Shown here in pieces: positions 40,647 through 50,341 of a stretch of DNA of 64,000 nt (within the stretch, counting starts at the first letter, position 1; every line of letters starts with the position of its first letter). The position numbers were made by a program, and so were the translations under genes. The DNA comes from a virus. Lineage: Duplodnaviria > Caudoviricetes. The notes beneath the pieces are model-generated. The model ran no database searches. It was not told the DNA's origin and saw only the letters and a list, made by a program, of their open reading frames with translations. The stretch covers positions 32,001-96,000 of the IMG/VR virus record IMGVR_UViG_3300029305_004606; one strand, given 5' to 3'.

Positions 40647-41768
40647 TTAATACTGAGAAACAATATTATCATTAAGAACAATGATAGGAAAAGTTTCATT
40701 CAGGTTAATATTCTTTGCAATCTTTGTCTTAAGATCAAGAGTTGTATCTTCCATAAACATCTGATCATAAACAGGAACATTAGGAATTGCTTCTCCTGTT
40801 CTTACATTCATAACTTGGAAGAATTTTGCACCGGAAGCTGCATCATATACAACAACTTGTTTAACATCAGGATTACCTTCATATCTCATCATGTTCTGTT
40901 CAGGTGTCATATTAGCAACATAATTAAGATATCCAGCATCCATAATAGGCTGACCAGGATTGCTAACCATATCAGGAGTAAGATTTGCTCTTACAATACC
41001 AGAACCCATTATAGCAGGATCAATCATAGGCATCTGATACTGAGGTGCTGAATTATTAGGATTCTGAATAAATGCCTGATAAATATCAGAAATATATTTA
41101 TCATCATTCATGGTAGCTTGAGCTGCTTCGATATCCTTACGTTTCTTGTAATCCATATCATTGGCTTTTGTAATACAGTTATTGATTTCTTTGATTGCAG
41201 AAATTCTGTTACCAATCATAGCACCAATATTTTCAGATAATCCTGTTAATATACCATATTTATTCTTCAGAGTTCTATTATGACGAACCGCATTGAACTC
41301 TTGAACAAGTTCCCCATTTACAGCATCAATCTGTCTTAATGTTTCGTGTAACAAATTATTTGTTTCTCCATAACTGTAAATGGTGCCTGCTTCAACAAGT
41401 TCTGTTCCATTTACAACTTCAGCATCAGCTTTTACAATAGCTGTCTGTTGTTTAGTAGCAGGAAGACTAGAACCGCCTCTTTTTCTTCTCTTCTTCTCTT
41501 CTGCTTCCATATCAGAAATATTATCGACTTTGATTTTCATTGAATCATCTTCGATTTTAAATAAAGATGTCTTAGTTTCTCCCATAGTAATTGCAGGAGT
41601 TTCAAAGACTCTAGGATCTACAGCAGGTTTGTGTTGTACAACCTGAGGTGCCTGCTGACCATAACCATATGGATTTTGATTCATAGCAAACTGAGGTTGC
41701 TGATAAGGATCAATTCCAATTCCATTACCATAACCTACAGGCATCATACCATTGTTCATATATTGCAT
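40647..41768 (-). CDS. hypothetical protein with prion-like N-terminus and coiled coil
   Basis: 373-aa ORF with AGGAGG RBS and class B promoter at 41844-41831. Confidence 0.75.
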   Translation of the reverse strand: MQYMNNGMMPVGYGNGIGIDPYQQPQFAMNQNPYGYGQQAPQVVQHKPAVDPRVFETPAITMGETKTSLFKIEDDSMKIKVDNISDMEAEEKKRRKRGGSSLPATKQQTAIVKADAEVVNGTELVEAGTIYSYGETNNLLHETLRQIDAVNGELVQEFNAVRHNRTLKNKYGILTGLSENIGAMIGNRISAIKEINNCITKANDMDYKKRKDIEAAQATMNDDKYISDIYQAFIQNPNNSAPQYQMPMIDPAIMGSGIVRANLTPDMVSNPGQPIMDAGYLNYVANMTPEQNMMRYEGNPDVKQVVVYDAASGAKFFQVMNVRTGEAIPNVPVYDQMFMEDTTLDLKTKIAKNINLNETFPIIVLNDNIVSQY

Positions 41769-41922
41769 GTATTTGTCCTCCTTTTCTTTAAAATAGTAGC
41801 AAATATATTACGTTTCATTCAATATGATATATTAACAAAATGTGCAGGTATTGGAAATCTATCGATAGAAAAACATCAGATTAATCAATAATATTAATAA
41901 ATATAGAAAGGATTTAAGCATT

Positions 41923-43911
41923 ATGGGAATGATACCTGAGTTAGAGTGTAGATATCCAGAAGGTTCAGATATTACAGTTATGAATACTTACTATCGTTAT
42001 CCTGAATTTGAAGAAGGTAAAAAAGTTTGTGATGATCAAATATTTATCATCTATAAGGATAATAAAACAAAAAAGAAAGACTTTCTGGTTATTACAAATC
42101 CTGATTATACTTTCTATAAGATTAAGGATGGAATTGAAGTTCCACCTTATAGTCAGCTCTTCATTGAAAGAGAAAAAGTTGAACCTATAACAGTTCCATT
42201 TCATAAATTGGAATTAAACTTAGCAAAGGCTACAGGAATGGAAGAGTTCTATAAACAGAACTTAATGAATAGAAATAAAAGGGCTAATCAGGCTCTTCAC
42301 AGTGACCCATCATTATTCTATTCAGATGCAAATATTGAAGATCATTATAGATTTAAGTTTGCTAATACATATAGCAACGAAATTTATAAGATTACTAAGG
42401 GATTCTTCGATATAGAAGTAGATGGTAAATGGGCAAAAGGTGATTTTGTTGAAATGGGAGAATGTGCTATCAATTGTGTATCTTATTATGATGAAGGTAC
42501 AGATACAGTATATACTTTTGTTTTAAGAGACGAAAGAAATCCTCAAATTCAACAACTTGAAGATTCATTTAAATCAGGTAAATTTGGTTGGAATGAAATT
42601 CATAAATTTGTAGTTGATGCGGTTGGTGGTATAAAAGCTGCTACAAAATATGGACTTATGAAGACTAAATTTTGTCCAATGTTTTATGATAGTGAAATTC
42701 AACTCATTGCAGATTTGTTTGAAACGATGCATAGAACATGTCCGGACTTTATTGAGGGTTGGAACTCCAGTGGATTCGACTTGGAATATATTATAGCCAG
42801 AGTAATAGCTCTTGGATATAATCCTGAAGATATATTATGTGATCAGAGATGGAAAGATAAGGTCGTTAAGAATTTCGTTGATCATCAACATCAAAACGAA
42901 TTGGCAGAACGTGGTGATTATACTTTTATTTCCGGATTACCTGTATTTCTTGATCAGATGATTCAATATGCTTCAAGAAGAAAATCTAAGATTGGTTCAT
43001 ATAAATCATTCAAATTAGATGATATTGGTTTGAAAGAAGCTAATGTAAGAAAGTTGGATTATCATCATATAACTGATTCTGTTACAGAATTACCTTGGTT
43101 AGATTTCAAGACATTCTTTTTATATAACATCATGGATGTTATTGTTCAGAAATGTATTGAAGCTCAAACTAATGACTTAGAATATATCTTCTCTAAGTGT
43201 GTAGTTAATAATACAGTATATAAGAAAGGTCATAGACAGACAGTATATCTTATCAATCGTATGGCTGCTGACTGGTATAAGATGGGTTATATTATTGGTA
43301 ATAACTGTAACAAAGAGAACCCTAAACCTCCAAAATATCTTGGAGCATTGGTAGGTGATCCTACAAAGACCAATGAATATTCAAAGATGATAATCGATGG
43401 TAGAGCAATTTGGGTATGTGAGAATTTGCTTGATTACGATTTTAAATCATTATATCCAAGCCTTATGGGTGAATATAATATTGCACCTAATACTCAGATT
43501 GGTAAGATTATCATTGATGAGAAGGTATATAAAGATGAAAACTATTATCATATCGAGGAAGAGAAATATTCTCGTGGAGGCGAGTTTATAGAAAATCTTG
43601 TTACTGATAATATGATTGAATTCTGTACAAGATGGTTCCATCTTGGAAATATTCAAGAAGTATTGTTTGATATGGACGAATATTATGAGAAAAAGTTTGG
43701 TCTTGGAAGATATAGTAATCTTATCTCAGCAGGATTTGGTAATATAGATTCAGATAAACCATTTGCTTATAGTCCTATTATTCCTACATCTTATAAGCCA
43801 GAATCTCCAATTGAATTTAATGCTCCTAAAGCTGAAAGTCCAATTATATTCCTTAATCAGAGACCGGATAATATGACTTATGAAAAATTACTTGAAAGTA
43901 AGAAAGGTTGA
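41923..43911 (+). CDS. family B DNA polymerase, N-terminal subunit (3'-5' exonuclease plus motif A)
   Basis: Exo I FDIEV, Exo II GWNSSGFDLEYI, SFKLDDI, Exo III YNIMDV, YLGALV, motif A DYDFKSLYPS; motifs B and C absent. Confidence 0.85.
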   Translation: MGMIPELECRYPEGSDITVMNTYYRYPEFEEGKKVCDDQIFIIYKDNKTKKKDFLVITNPDYTFYKIKDGIEVPPYSQLFIEREKVEPITVPFHKLELNLAKATGMEEFYKQNLMNRNKRANQALHSDPSLFYSDANIEDHYRFKFANTYSNEIYKITKGFFDIEVDGKWAKGDFVEMGECAINCVSYYDEGTDTVYTFVLRDERNPQIQQLEDSFKSGKFGWNEIHKFVVDAVGGIKAATKYGLMKTKFCPMFYDSEIQLIADLFETMHRTCPDFIEGWNSSGFDLEYIIARVIALGYNPEDILCDQRWKDKVVKNFVDHQHQNELAERGDYTFISGLPVFLDQMIQYASRRKSKIGSYKSFKLDDIGLKEANVRKLDYHHITDSVTELPWLDFKTFFLYNIMDVIVQKCIEAQTNDLEYIFSKCVVNNTVYKKGHRQTVYLINRMAADWYKMGYIIGNNCNKENPKPPKYLGALVGDPTKTNEYSKMIIDGRAIWVCENLLDYDFKSLYPSLMGEYNIAPNTQIGKIIIDEKVYKDENYYHIEEEKYSRGGEFIENLVTDNMIEFCTRWFHLGNIQEVLFDMDEYYEKKFGLGRYSNLISAGFGNIDSDKPFAYSPIIPTSYKPESPIEFNAPKAESPIIFLNQRPDNMTYEKLLESKKG

Positions 43912-43918
43912 TTAAATT

Positions 43919-44551
43919 ATGTTTGTAATTGATCCTAGATTGGACCAGGTACAAAAAATTGTAGAAAGTTTGGTTACTAAGAGTTTGTTGCCTAATACAA
44001 ACTGCTTGGTAACCAGCGATAATACTCTTGTACTATTAGTCGATGAAACTTTATTATATATAATTCATTTGAGAGATGAACTTTGTTATCCATCATTGGG
44101 ATTTTCTTATTCCAAGTTTATGTACGAGGTATCGAGTAGATCTATTACAGATTTTAATATATCTTCATTAGATATATACGATACTTTAATAACAACAAAA
44201 CTTCTTAATTATTATGCTTCCTATTATGGTTATATATTTGAGGAAGCTGTACCTGTAGCTGTAAATAATGATTTAAAAACAGACGAATCATTTTCTGATT
44301 ATCTCAATATTAAATCAGATGATGGTATGAAATACTACAGACTTCCTGCATTACAACCTGGAAAACAATATATGATTCCTATATTTACAGGATTTCCTAA
44401 TATCACTTCACAAGATAAGTTAGGAATATATGTCTATGATATAGGTAATAGTTTTCTAATTGGAAGATTTAAAATCTTTAAGAAGAAAATCAATAGAGAT
44501 ATCAATATATTCTTCAGAATGCTTGATATAACTGGAGGTATACTAAGATGA
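43919..44551 (+). CDS. hypothetical protein
   Basis: 210-aa ORF immediately after the polymerase. Confidence 0.65.
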   Translation: MFVIDPRLDQVQKIVESLVTKSLLPNTNCLVTSDNTLVLLVDETLLYIIHLRDELCYPSLGFSYSKFMYEVSSRSITDFNISSLDIYDTLITTKLLNYYASYYGYIFEEAVPVAVNNDLKTDESFSDYLNIKSDDGMKYYRLPALQPGKQYMIPIFTGFPNITSQDKLGIYVYDIGNSFLIGRFKIFKKKINRDINIFFRMLDITGGILR

Positions 44552-45237
44552 TGAAAAGAGATATAATAGAAGAAATTATTGCTCAAAGCAACTTCAAACC
44601 TGATAATATTGATCAAGTTAAAGCTTTTACTAACTCATATATTGAGCATCTTGTCAATGTACTCAAATTAGAAGATAAAGATTATATCATATATATTAGT
44701 GGTCCTGTCACTAATATTGAAGATTATGAGAAAAGATTCAATGGTATTGAATTTATTACTTACCAGGCATTCTCGGCATATAATATCTATGTAATAAATC
44801 CTGTACAAGTGTTAAATTTGATAGATAAACATTTTGAGTTCACCTATATCGACAAAGTGTTTATATGTTATGCTTTATTATCAATTGCTAATGTAATGAT
44901 TTATGATAATAGAGATAATAAGTGGGAAAAGAGTATGGGCACATTTACTGAAATTTCTTTTGCAATGGGTAAAGGTATTGAAGTTATTGACTATATGTAT
45001 GTCAAAAACACTCTTAATGCTAGAAATCTTATTATTACAGATACACCTATTTTGCTTCTTAAACAGTCATTAAAATCTCCGAAAGAATTAATGGAAGATA
45101 CCGCAGCTAGAGAAGCATTAGGTGCTGTTAAATCGGATGATGAAGAGGTTGTAGAAAAAGAACCTGAAAAAAGAGACTTTGTAGAGATTGTAAGAGATAT
45201 GGCTGAAATTAATAAGATGAACAGAGAATCAAAATAA
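44548..45237 (+). CDS. DUF4406-like (nucleoside deoxyribosyltransferase fold) protein
   Basis: IYISGPVT...VINP...WEKSMGTFTEISFA. Confidence 0.6.
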   Translation: MMKRDIIEEIIAQSNFKPDNIDQVKAFTNSYIEHLVNVLKLEDKDYIIYISGPVTNIEDYEKRFNGIEFITYQAFSAYNIYVINPVQVLNLIDKHFEFTYIDKVFICYALLSIANVMIYDNRDNKWEKSMGTFTEISFAMGKGIEVIDYMYVKNTLNARNLIITDTPILLLKQSLKSPKELMEDTAAREALGAVKSDDEEVVEKEPEKRDFVEIVRDMAEINKMNRESK

Positions 45238-45294
45238 TCTGTTGTGAAAGAACTTATTAAAGAAACAGATAAAAAGATTGGAGGAATGTAAATC

Positions 45295-46041
45295 ATGAAA
45301 CAAAATGATGATGTTTTGCTCCATCGGAGAATAACAAAGCATAGTAATTTAATGATTCCTTTTTCGGATCATGTTACAGCTTTCAAATTTCCGAGTCAAA
45401 ATGAGCAGTTAATTAATACAACCGTTACACTAAAGTATAGAGATAGATATATAGCAGACAAAGAAGCTTATTCTATTTCTAATTCAAAAAGACCAAAAGA
45501 TGATACTCTTTGTATGCCTCCTGGAAATATGAAAGAAGATATAGGTGATATTATCTTTACAGGAGAATTTAGAATACTTAGAGCTGATAGATCTGCTCCA
45601 TTTATCTTTATAGGTATATCAACCAATTATAAATATATTGTAACTGGTAAAACTGATGAAAATGGTATTCTTGAAAATATTTATCCTGTAGCAATGTTTC
45701 AAATGTCAGAGTATGTTGGGTTATGTGTAACTAATATGTATTTTGGTAAGCTTGATATGACAGATGCTGTAGTATTAGCTTCTGATCATGGAGAACCTTG
45801 TAATGCTGTTATTATGGAATATCTCGATGATAAGAAAAAGCAAGTTAGATTTGTTTTAGGAGATGAATGTTTCTCTGTTCTTCGTGGTTATCTTGACAAA
45901 TCATTCAAGCAACAAAAATTAGAAACTCTTGATGAATTGAGAAATTATAAGATGAATCGTACTATCAATGAATGTATTGATTTAAGAAAATATCTTTTAA
46001 AAGATATCGTTATTAATCCTAATATGGAGAGTGACAAATAA
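45295..46041 (+). CDS. hypothetical protein
   Basis: 248-aa ORF with GGAGG RBS. Confidence 0.65.
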   Translation: MKQNDDVLLHRRITKHSNLMIPFSDHVTAFKFPSQNEQLINTTVTLKYRDRYIADKEAYSISNSKRPKDDTLCMPPGNMKEDIGDIIFTGEFRILRADRSAPFIFIGISTNYKYIVTGKTDENGILENIYPVAMFQMSEYVGLCVTNMYFGKLDMTDAVVLASDHGEPCNAVIMEYLDDKKKQVRFVLGDECFSVLRGYLDKSFKQQKLETLDELRNYKMNRTINECIDLRKYLLKDIVINPNMESDK

Positions 46042-46949
46042 TGAAACGATTTCAAATATCAATGGATAGTGATATGAACAATGTATGTAGAAATACATAC
46101 ATTGTTAATCATATTATTCCTTTATGTATAAAAGAAAGAGATGAAAATTCTTTTACTATTTTATTTTTAGTTCAAAGTGATACTAAAGATGAAGATGAAA
46201 AAGAATATCTTAATATGTATTTTTCTTGTGATTCTGAAGAAGATAAGAAATTTATCAAAGCTCATGCTTTAAATTATAATAATATTATCAAAAATCCAAA
46301 ACAACTGCAGATGTATATGGAAATGACAAATGGTATAGATTCAGCAGTAATATATTCTACAGATTTAAATATGACTGTATATGAAAAGAAGAAAATGTAC
46401 TATTCTTCTCTTGCGTGGGGTAGAGATAAAGAATATAGAGATCCTTTTGTTATGGAACTAATTATTCCGAGATCTATATTTATACAGCTTAATTTATTTT
46501 TTGTAAGATTTGTTAATCATGATATATCAGCAGAAACTGTATTCTTTGATTATAAATTACATAAGGTTGAATTTGTAACACCAACATCTATCAAGTTAGA
46601 TGGTTCTGCAAAACCTGCTCCAAGTTCTATGTTTATAACGAATCATTATACAGCAAAACTTGGACCTAATACATACAGATTCCATTATATCAGTCCTTCT
46701 ATTTTCGGTAGAAGATTAGTTAGTCCTATGGCATATGAACCTTATTGTTCTTTATATTCAAAAGATACATTAATAGATCAGATGTTTTTTGATGCAGCGT
46801 CAGATACTCTGTTTATTATATATCACGAGCATAGTGAAATTGATGGTTCTTTCAAAAGAACTCTTGCTTTGAAACTTTCTAAGGAGTTATATAATCATAC
46901 TAACTTCTTAGATGTATATAAAATATATGAAAAAATAAAGGAGAACTAA
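46041..46949 (+). CDS. hypothetical protein
   Basis: 302-aa ORF coupled by a TAATG overlap. Confidence 0.65.
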   Translation: MKRFQISMDSDMNNVCRNTYIVNHIIPLCIKERDENSFTILFLVQSDTKDEDEKEYLNMYFSCDSEEDKKFIKAHALNYNNIIKNPKQLQMYMEMTNGIDSAVIYSTDLNMTVYEKKKMYYSSLAWGRDKEYRDPFVMELIIPRSIFIQLNLFFVRFVNHDISAETVFFDYKLHKVEFVTPTSIKLDGSAKPAPSSMFITNHYTAKLGPNTYRFHYISPSIFGRRLVSPMAYEPYCSLYSKDTLIDQMFFDAASDTLFIIYHEHSEIDGSFKRTLALKLSKELYNHTNFLDVYKIYEKIKEN

Positions 46950-46951
46950 AA

Positions 46952-48190
46952 ATGGCAGAGATTAAAGAATTTGTAAAACCTGAATTTGAAGAGGTAGATC
47001 CTAAACAGTTTGAAAACACTATTGTTGAGCTTGTGGAAGATCAGCCTTCTGAGATGGTAGAAGAATTACATGTTGAATCATCAGAAGATAATTTTATTGA
47101 CGCCGAAATAGTAGATGGTAAAGCTGTAGAAATTGCAGAAGAATTGTCTAATGAGTTGGAAGAAGATAATAATGAATATGAAGAGGTTGCTTCTGATGAA
47201 GTATACAACAATGTATATGGTACAAAACAGATTGATCCTAAAGAATCAGTAGCAGCAGATATCTTTATCAAAACAATAACACCATACAAGATTACTTTTA
47301 AGAAAAAAGATAATAGAGATATTGCTATTATTATTTTCTTATGTAGAGATGATTATGACAATCTGTTTATTATTGACAGAAATATTGCTATAAGAGATCA
47401 GGATCATCTTAGTGATTTGGAATGTATTCCATTTGCAGAAGATAAAGATTATGATTTCGTTAATGACAACATATGTACTAATTTGCTGCTTGGTCATCTT
47501 GATAACTATGTATGTGATATGAAGTTTGAGATTTCAAAAGAAGATATCAAATCTTCTAATCCGGTACTTACAACTACACTGACAAATGTTCATACAAGAG
47601 AAACTAAAGTAGCAGCTATTGGTGCAGATACTTATACAGCTCTTACATTTATTGATTCCTATGTATCGGAAGATATCATCAATGAGCACGATTTAGCTCT
47701 TGCAGTTGTTGCTGGCAGCAAAGATAATACAAAAGCAGAATTCTATGTAGTAGATTCTGTAGACAAGATTGTAGCTATGGCTCCTGCTGTAGTTGAACTT
47801 GGAGAAAAAGAAGGATTTTTTGCTAAGCTCAAATCAATGCTTTTCAAAAATGATGAATCTGATCATCCTACATCTGTTGGTATGGTTATCAAAGTATCAA
47901 GAATTGTAGGTACAGAAAGAGAAGTAGTACAATTACTTACTCCTTTTGATATTGGAGTTGAATTTGATGAGGACAAGTTCAAGGGTAATACTATTTCTAG
48001 CATTGAAGATAACTATTTTGGAGATGCTGACCAGTATGTTACTACTCTCACTATCAATTCTGCCAGAATTGAAGGTATCGATAAGTCATTTATGATTATC
48101 AGAGCAAAGTCTAAGACTGGTGATGTAAAATTATTCTTATTAGATTCTTCTGCACAGAAAGAATTGCAGGATAAAATTAATGAGTATTAA
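46952..48190 (+). CDS. hypothetical acidic protein
   Basis: 412-aa ORF with a very Glu-rich N-terminus. Confidence 0.7.
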   Translation: MAEIKEFVKPEFEEVDPKQFENTIVELVEDQPSEMVEELHVESSEDNFIDAEIVDGKAVEIAEELSNELEEDNNEYEEVASDEVYNNVYGTKQIDPKESVAADIFIKTITPYKITFKKKDNRDIAIIIFLCRDDYDNLFIIDRNIAIRDQDHLSDLECIPFAEDKDYDFVNDNICTNLLLGHLDNYVCDMKFEISKEDIKSSNPVLTTTLTNVHTRETKVAAIGADTYTALTFIDSYVSEDIINEHDLALAVVAGSKDNTKAEFYVVDSVDKIVAMAPAVVELGEKEGFFAKLKSMLFKNDESDHPTSVGMVIKVSRIVGTEREVVQLLTPFDIGVEFDEDKFKGNTISSIEDNYFGDADQYVTTLTINSARIEGIDKSFMIIRAKSKTGDVKLFLLDSSAQKELQDKINEY

Positions 48191-48347
48191 TTTTATAAGA
48201 AACGTATTAGCTTGTAGAAAAAGATATTGTCCTAGATGTTGTGTGCAGATGGAAAGAGTAAAAATTAGATCTAATTCTAATAGTATTGCTGGAAGTAAAA
48301 GCTTTTTACAATGTCCTCGATGTAAATCTATACTAATGAGAAAATAA
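48180..48347 (+). CDS. 55-aa Zn-ribbon protein (not in ORF track)
   Basis: MSINFIRNVLACRKRYCPRCCVQMERVKIRSNSNSIAGSKSFLQCPRCKSILMRK; two CPRC motifs; overlaps the upstream stop. Confidence 0.65.
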   Translation: MSINFIRNVLACRKRYCPRCCVQMERVKIRSNSNSIAGSKSFLQCPRCKSILMRK

Positions 48348-48358
48348 ACAAAAGATAC

Positions 48359-48386
48359 ACCCCTAGGCTGCAGCTAGCCTAGGGGT
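48359..48386. terminator. hairpin terminator, probably bidirectional
   Basis: ACCCCTAGGCT / AGCCTAGGGGT stem. Confidence 0.7.
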
Positions 48387-48587
48387 TTCTCTCCGACAAA
48401 GATATTATTATACCAAGAAGAAATAGGCACCATCAAGAGAGCAGCTTCCATCAAATACCTATTATATTAATGTTTATATCTATAATTTACCATTATTACT
48501 ATTCTAATAGTAGTAGATTATCAATTTTTGTTCCATTTTCTGTTCACTTAATAATAAAATGAGAATTTGCAGGAGGTGAATTGCTGT

Positions 48588-48872
48588 ATGAAAGAATATT
48601 TCATCTTATATGGTACAAAAGATAATGATACTTTCTATATCAGTAATACAAATCCTGTGATTTGGACTTCTGATATAAAAGAATCTAAACTATATCATCT
48701 TAGATATACAGCAGAGTTTGAAGTATTAAGAGATTATGATAATTATAGATCTATTATAAGTTTGATAAATAATAAAAAACTTGACTGCTTGTATGTATCT
48801 CAAATTCAAATAGAGATCAATGATGATAATAGTAAAGAATATGTTGAGAAAGGCAGGGTTAAAATATTATGA
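48588..48872 (+). CDS. hypothetical protein
   Basis: AGGAGGTG RBS upstream. Confidence 0.6.
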   Translation: MKEYFILYGTKDNDTFYISNTNPVIWTSDIKESKLYHLRYTAEFEVLRDYDNYRSIISLINNKKLDCLYVSQIQIEINDDNSKEYVEKGRVKIL

Positions 48873-49366
48873 AAAAGCATATTTACTCTGAGGCTCTCGA
48901 AGAAGAAGTTATAAGTACACGATATATTCCAAGAAAGTTTAGAGAAAATGAGAAGCTCAAATTATATCACAAATACTGGATACCTGAATTTGGTGGAACA
49001 ATTAAGGTACACGAAATAGAGTATATAAATGGGATTCCTTATTATTTTATTAAATTTAACAGGAATATGTCAGCCAATATTACATATCCATGTAATTATA
49101 CAGAAATGTATGAATTATTACATAATTATGATAATATTGAGAAGGAGAACATTATTAATTCTTCGAAAAGTTACTCCGGTGCAGAAATCAAATTCTGGTT
49201 CATTGTCAATAAAATAGACTTTGACGATCCTCAATATAGAGGCTTCTGGTCATTTCTTGACGATACAAGTATGTCTGTTGTTGCAGATAATAAATATTAT
49301 TTTGTAAAGTATAACCCGAATTTGAGACAGAGATTTAAAATCTCACTTGACAAATCAAAACTATAA
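48869..49366 (+). CDS. hypothetical protein
   Basis: 165-aa ORF with TTG start overlapping the previous stop. Confidence 0.6.
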   Translation: MKKHIYSEALEEEVISTRYIPRKFRENEKLKLYHKYWIPEFGGTIKVHEIEYINGIPYYFIKFNRNMSANITYPCNYTEMYELLHNYDNIEKENIINSSKSYSGAEIKFWFIVNKIDFDDPQYRGFWSFLDDTSMSVVADNKYYFVKYNPNLRQRFKISLDKSKL

Positions 49367-49586
49367 AAATGAAGATTCTCTATGGCTGATAAAGCCATAG
49401 AGAACTTTATTTCGATTATATATTATAATTTTGATAAATATCACGATCCATTGTACACCAGATAAATTAACACATTTGTTAATAGTGTATATATGGAAAG
49501 TGATACTTATCAAAAGATTAGATCCTAGGGTCGTAAACCCTAGGATCATTTATTTCTTATTTTTGATATAAAGAAAGGAGGTAAAA

Positions 49587-50108
49587 TTAGAAATCTTTGT
49601 GATTATACTGATAATCAGACATCTTAATTGTTACCTTATTTGCTCTACAAGCAATTTCATATGTAGGATGATTTCCAGATTTAGGAGAATTACTCTTGTA
49701 AGAAACTATAGTAGCAAAGTAACAAGGATAATTAGCAACAAGTTCTGCATATACCTGTACTTTGTCCAGTTCCGGATCATCAACCTGAGGAGTCTTGAGC
49801 TTATCTAATAATTCTACTACTTTGTCATCGATGAATTCGGCATCGATGAAAGTTATAGTTGTATGGAACTTCGAATCTGATAACCATACAAGATGAGATT
49901 TGTCAAAATATTCAGACATAAATGGAATAACTTCTGGAATCATTTTTACAGGATCCATTCCAACAAACATGGGAACTAAATTAATGTCCTGTACAAGTTC
50001 TGCCAATTTATCAAAGTTGATACAAAAATCTGCAGGATGACCTCCCTTCTTATATTTGCAAGCTTTGATGATGTTGGATTTTAATGTGCGATAATTTACA
50101 TTTGTCAT
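49587..50108 (-). CDS. hypothetical protein
   Basis: 173-aa ORF with AGGAGAGGA RBS. Confidence 0.7.
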   Translation of the reverse strand: MTNVNYRTLKSNIIKACKYKKGGHPADFCINFDKLAELVQDINLVPMFVGMDPVKMIPEVIPFMSEYFDKSHLVWLSDSKFHTTITFIDAEFIDDKVVELLDKLKTPQVDDPELDKVQVYAELVANYPCYFATIVSYKSNSPKSGNHPTYEIACRANKVTIKMSDYQYNHKDF

Positions 50109-50173
50109 GTTAATATCCTCTCCTTTATAAGTGAATTATTTTTGTTGGACCTTTTTATATTAAAATGTTAGAT

Positions 50174-50341
50174 CTATGTTGTTTTGCTACCTTTAGAATT
50201 ATTTAGATTTTCCGGAGCTGCAAATATTTTATTATAATACTCAGCTCTCAGATTATCTTTTTCTTTTGAAGTCATTTTATCAAAATTTGGATTTTCTTTT
50301 ATAGATTTTTCTATAAAAGAATTAATGATGTCTAGTATCAT
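50174..50341 (-). CDS. 55-aa small protein divergent from the recombinase (not in ORF track)
   Basis: MILDIINSFIEKSIKENPNFDKMTSKEKDNLRAEYYNKIFAAPENLNNSKGSKTT; very strong RBS AGGAGGAGGTG. Confidence 0.6.
   Translation of the reverse strand: MILDIINSFIEKSIKENPNFDKMTSKEKDNLRAEYYNKIFAAPENLNNSKGSKTT

Noticed and set aside
3858-43857. PIEF repeats as a mobile DNA repeat or MITE
   Set aside because: Codons differ between copies (CCA ATC GAG TTT, CCG ATT GAA TTT, CCT ATA GAA TTT), and there are no shared flanks or inverted repeats.
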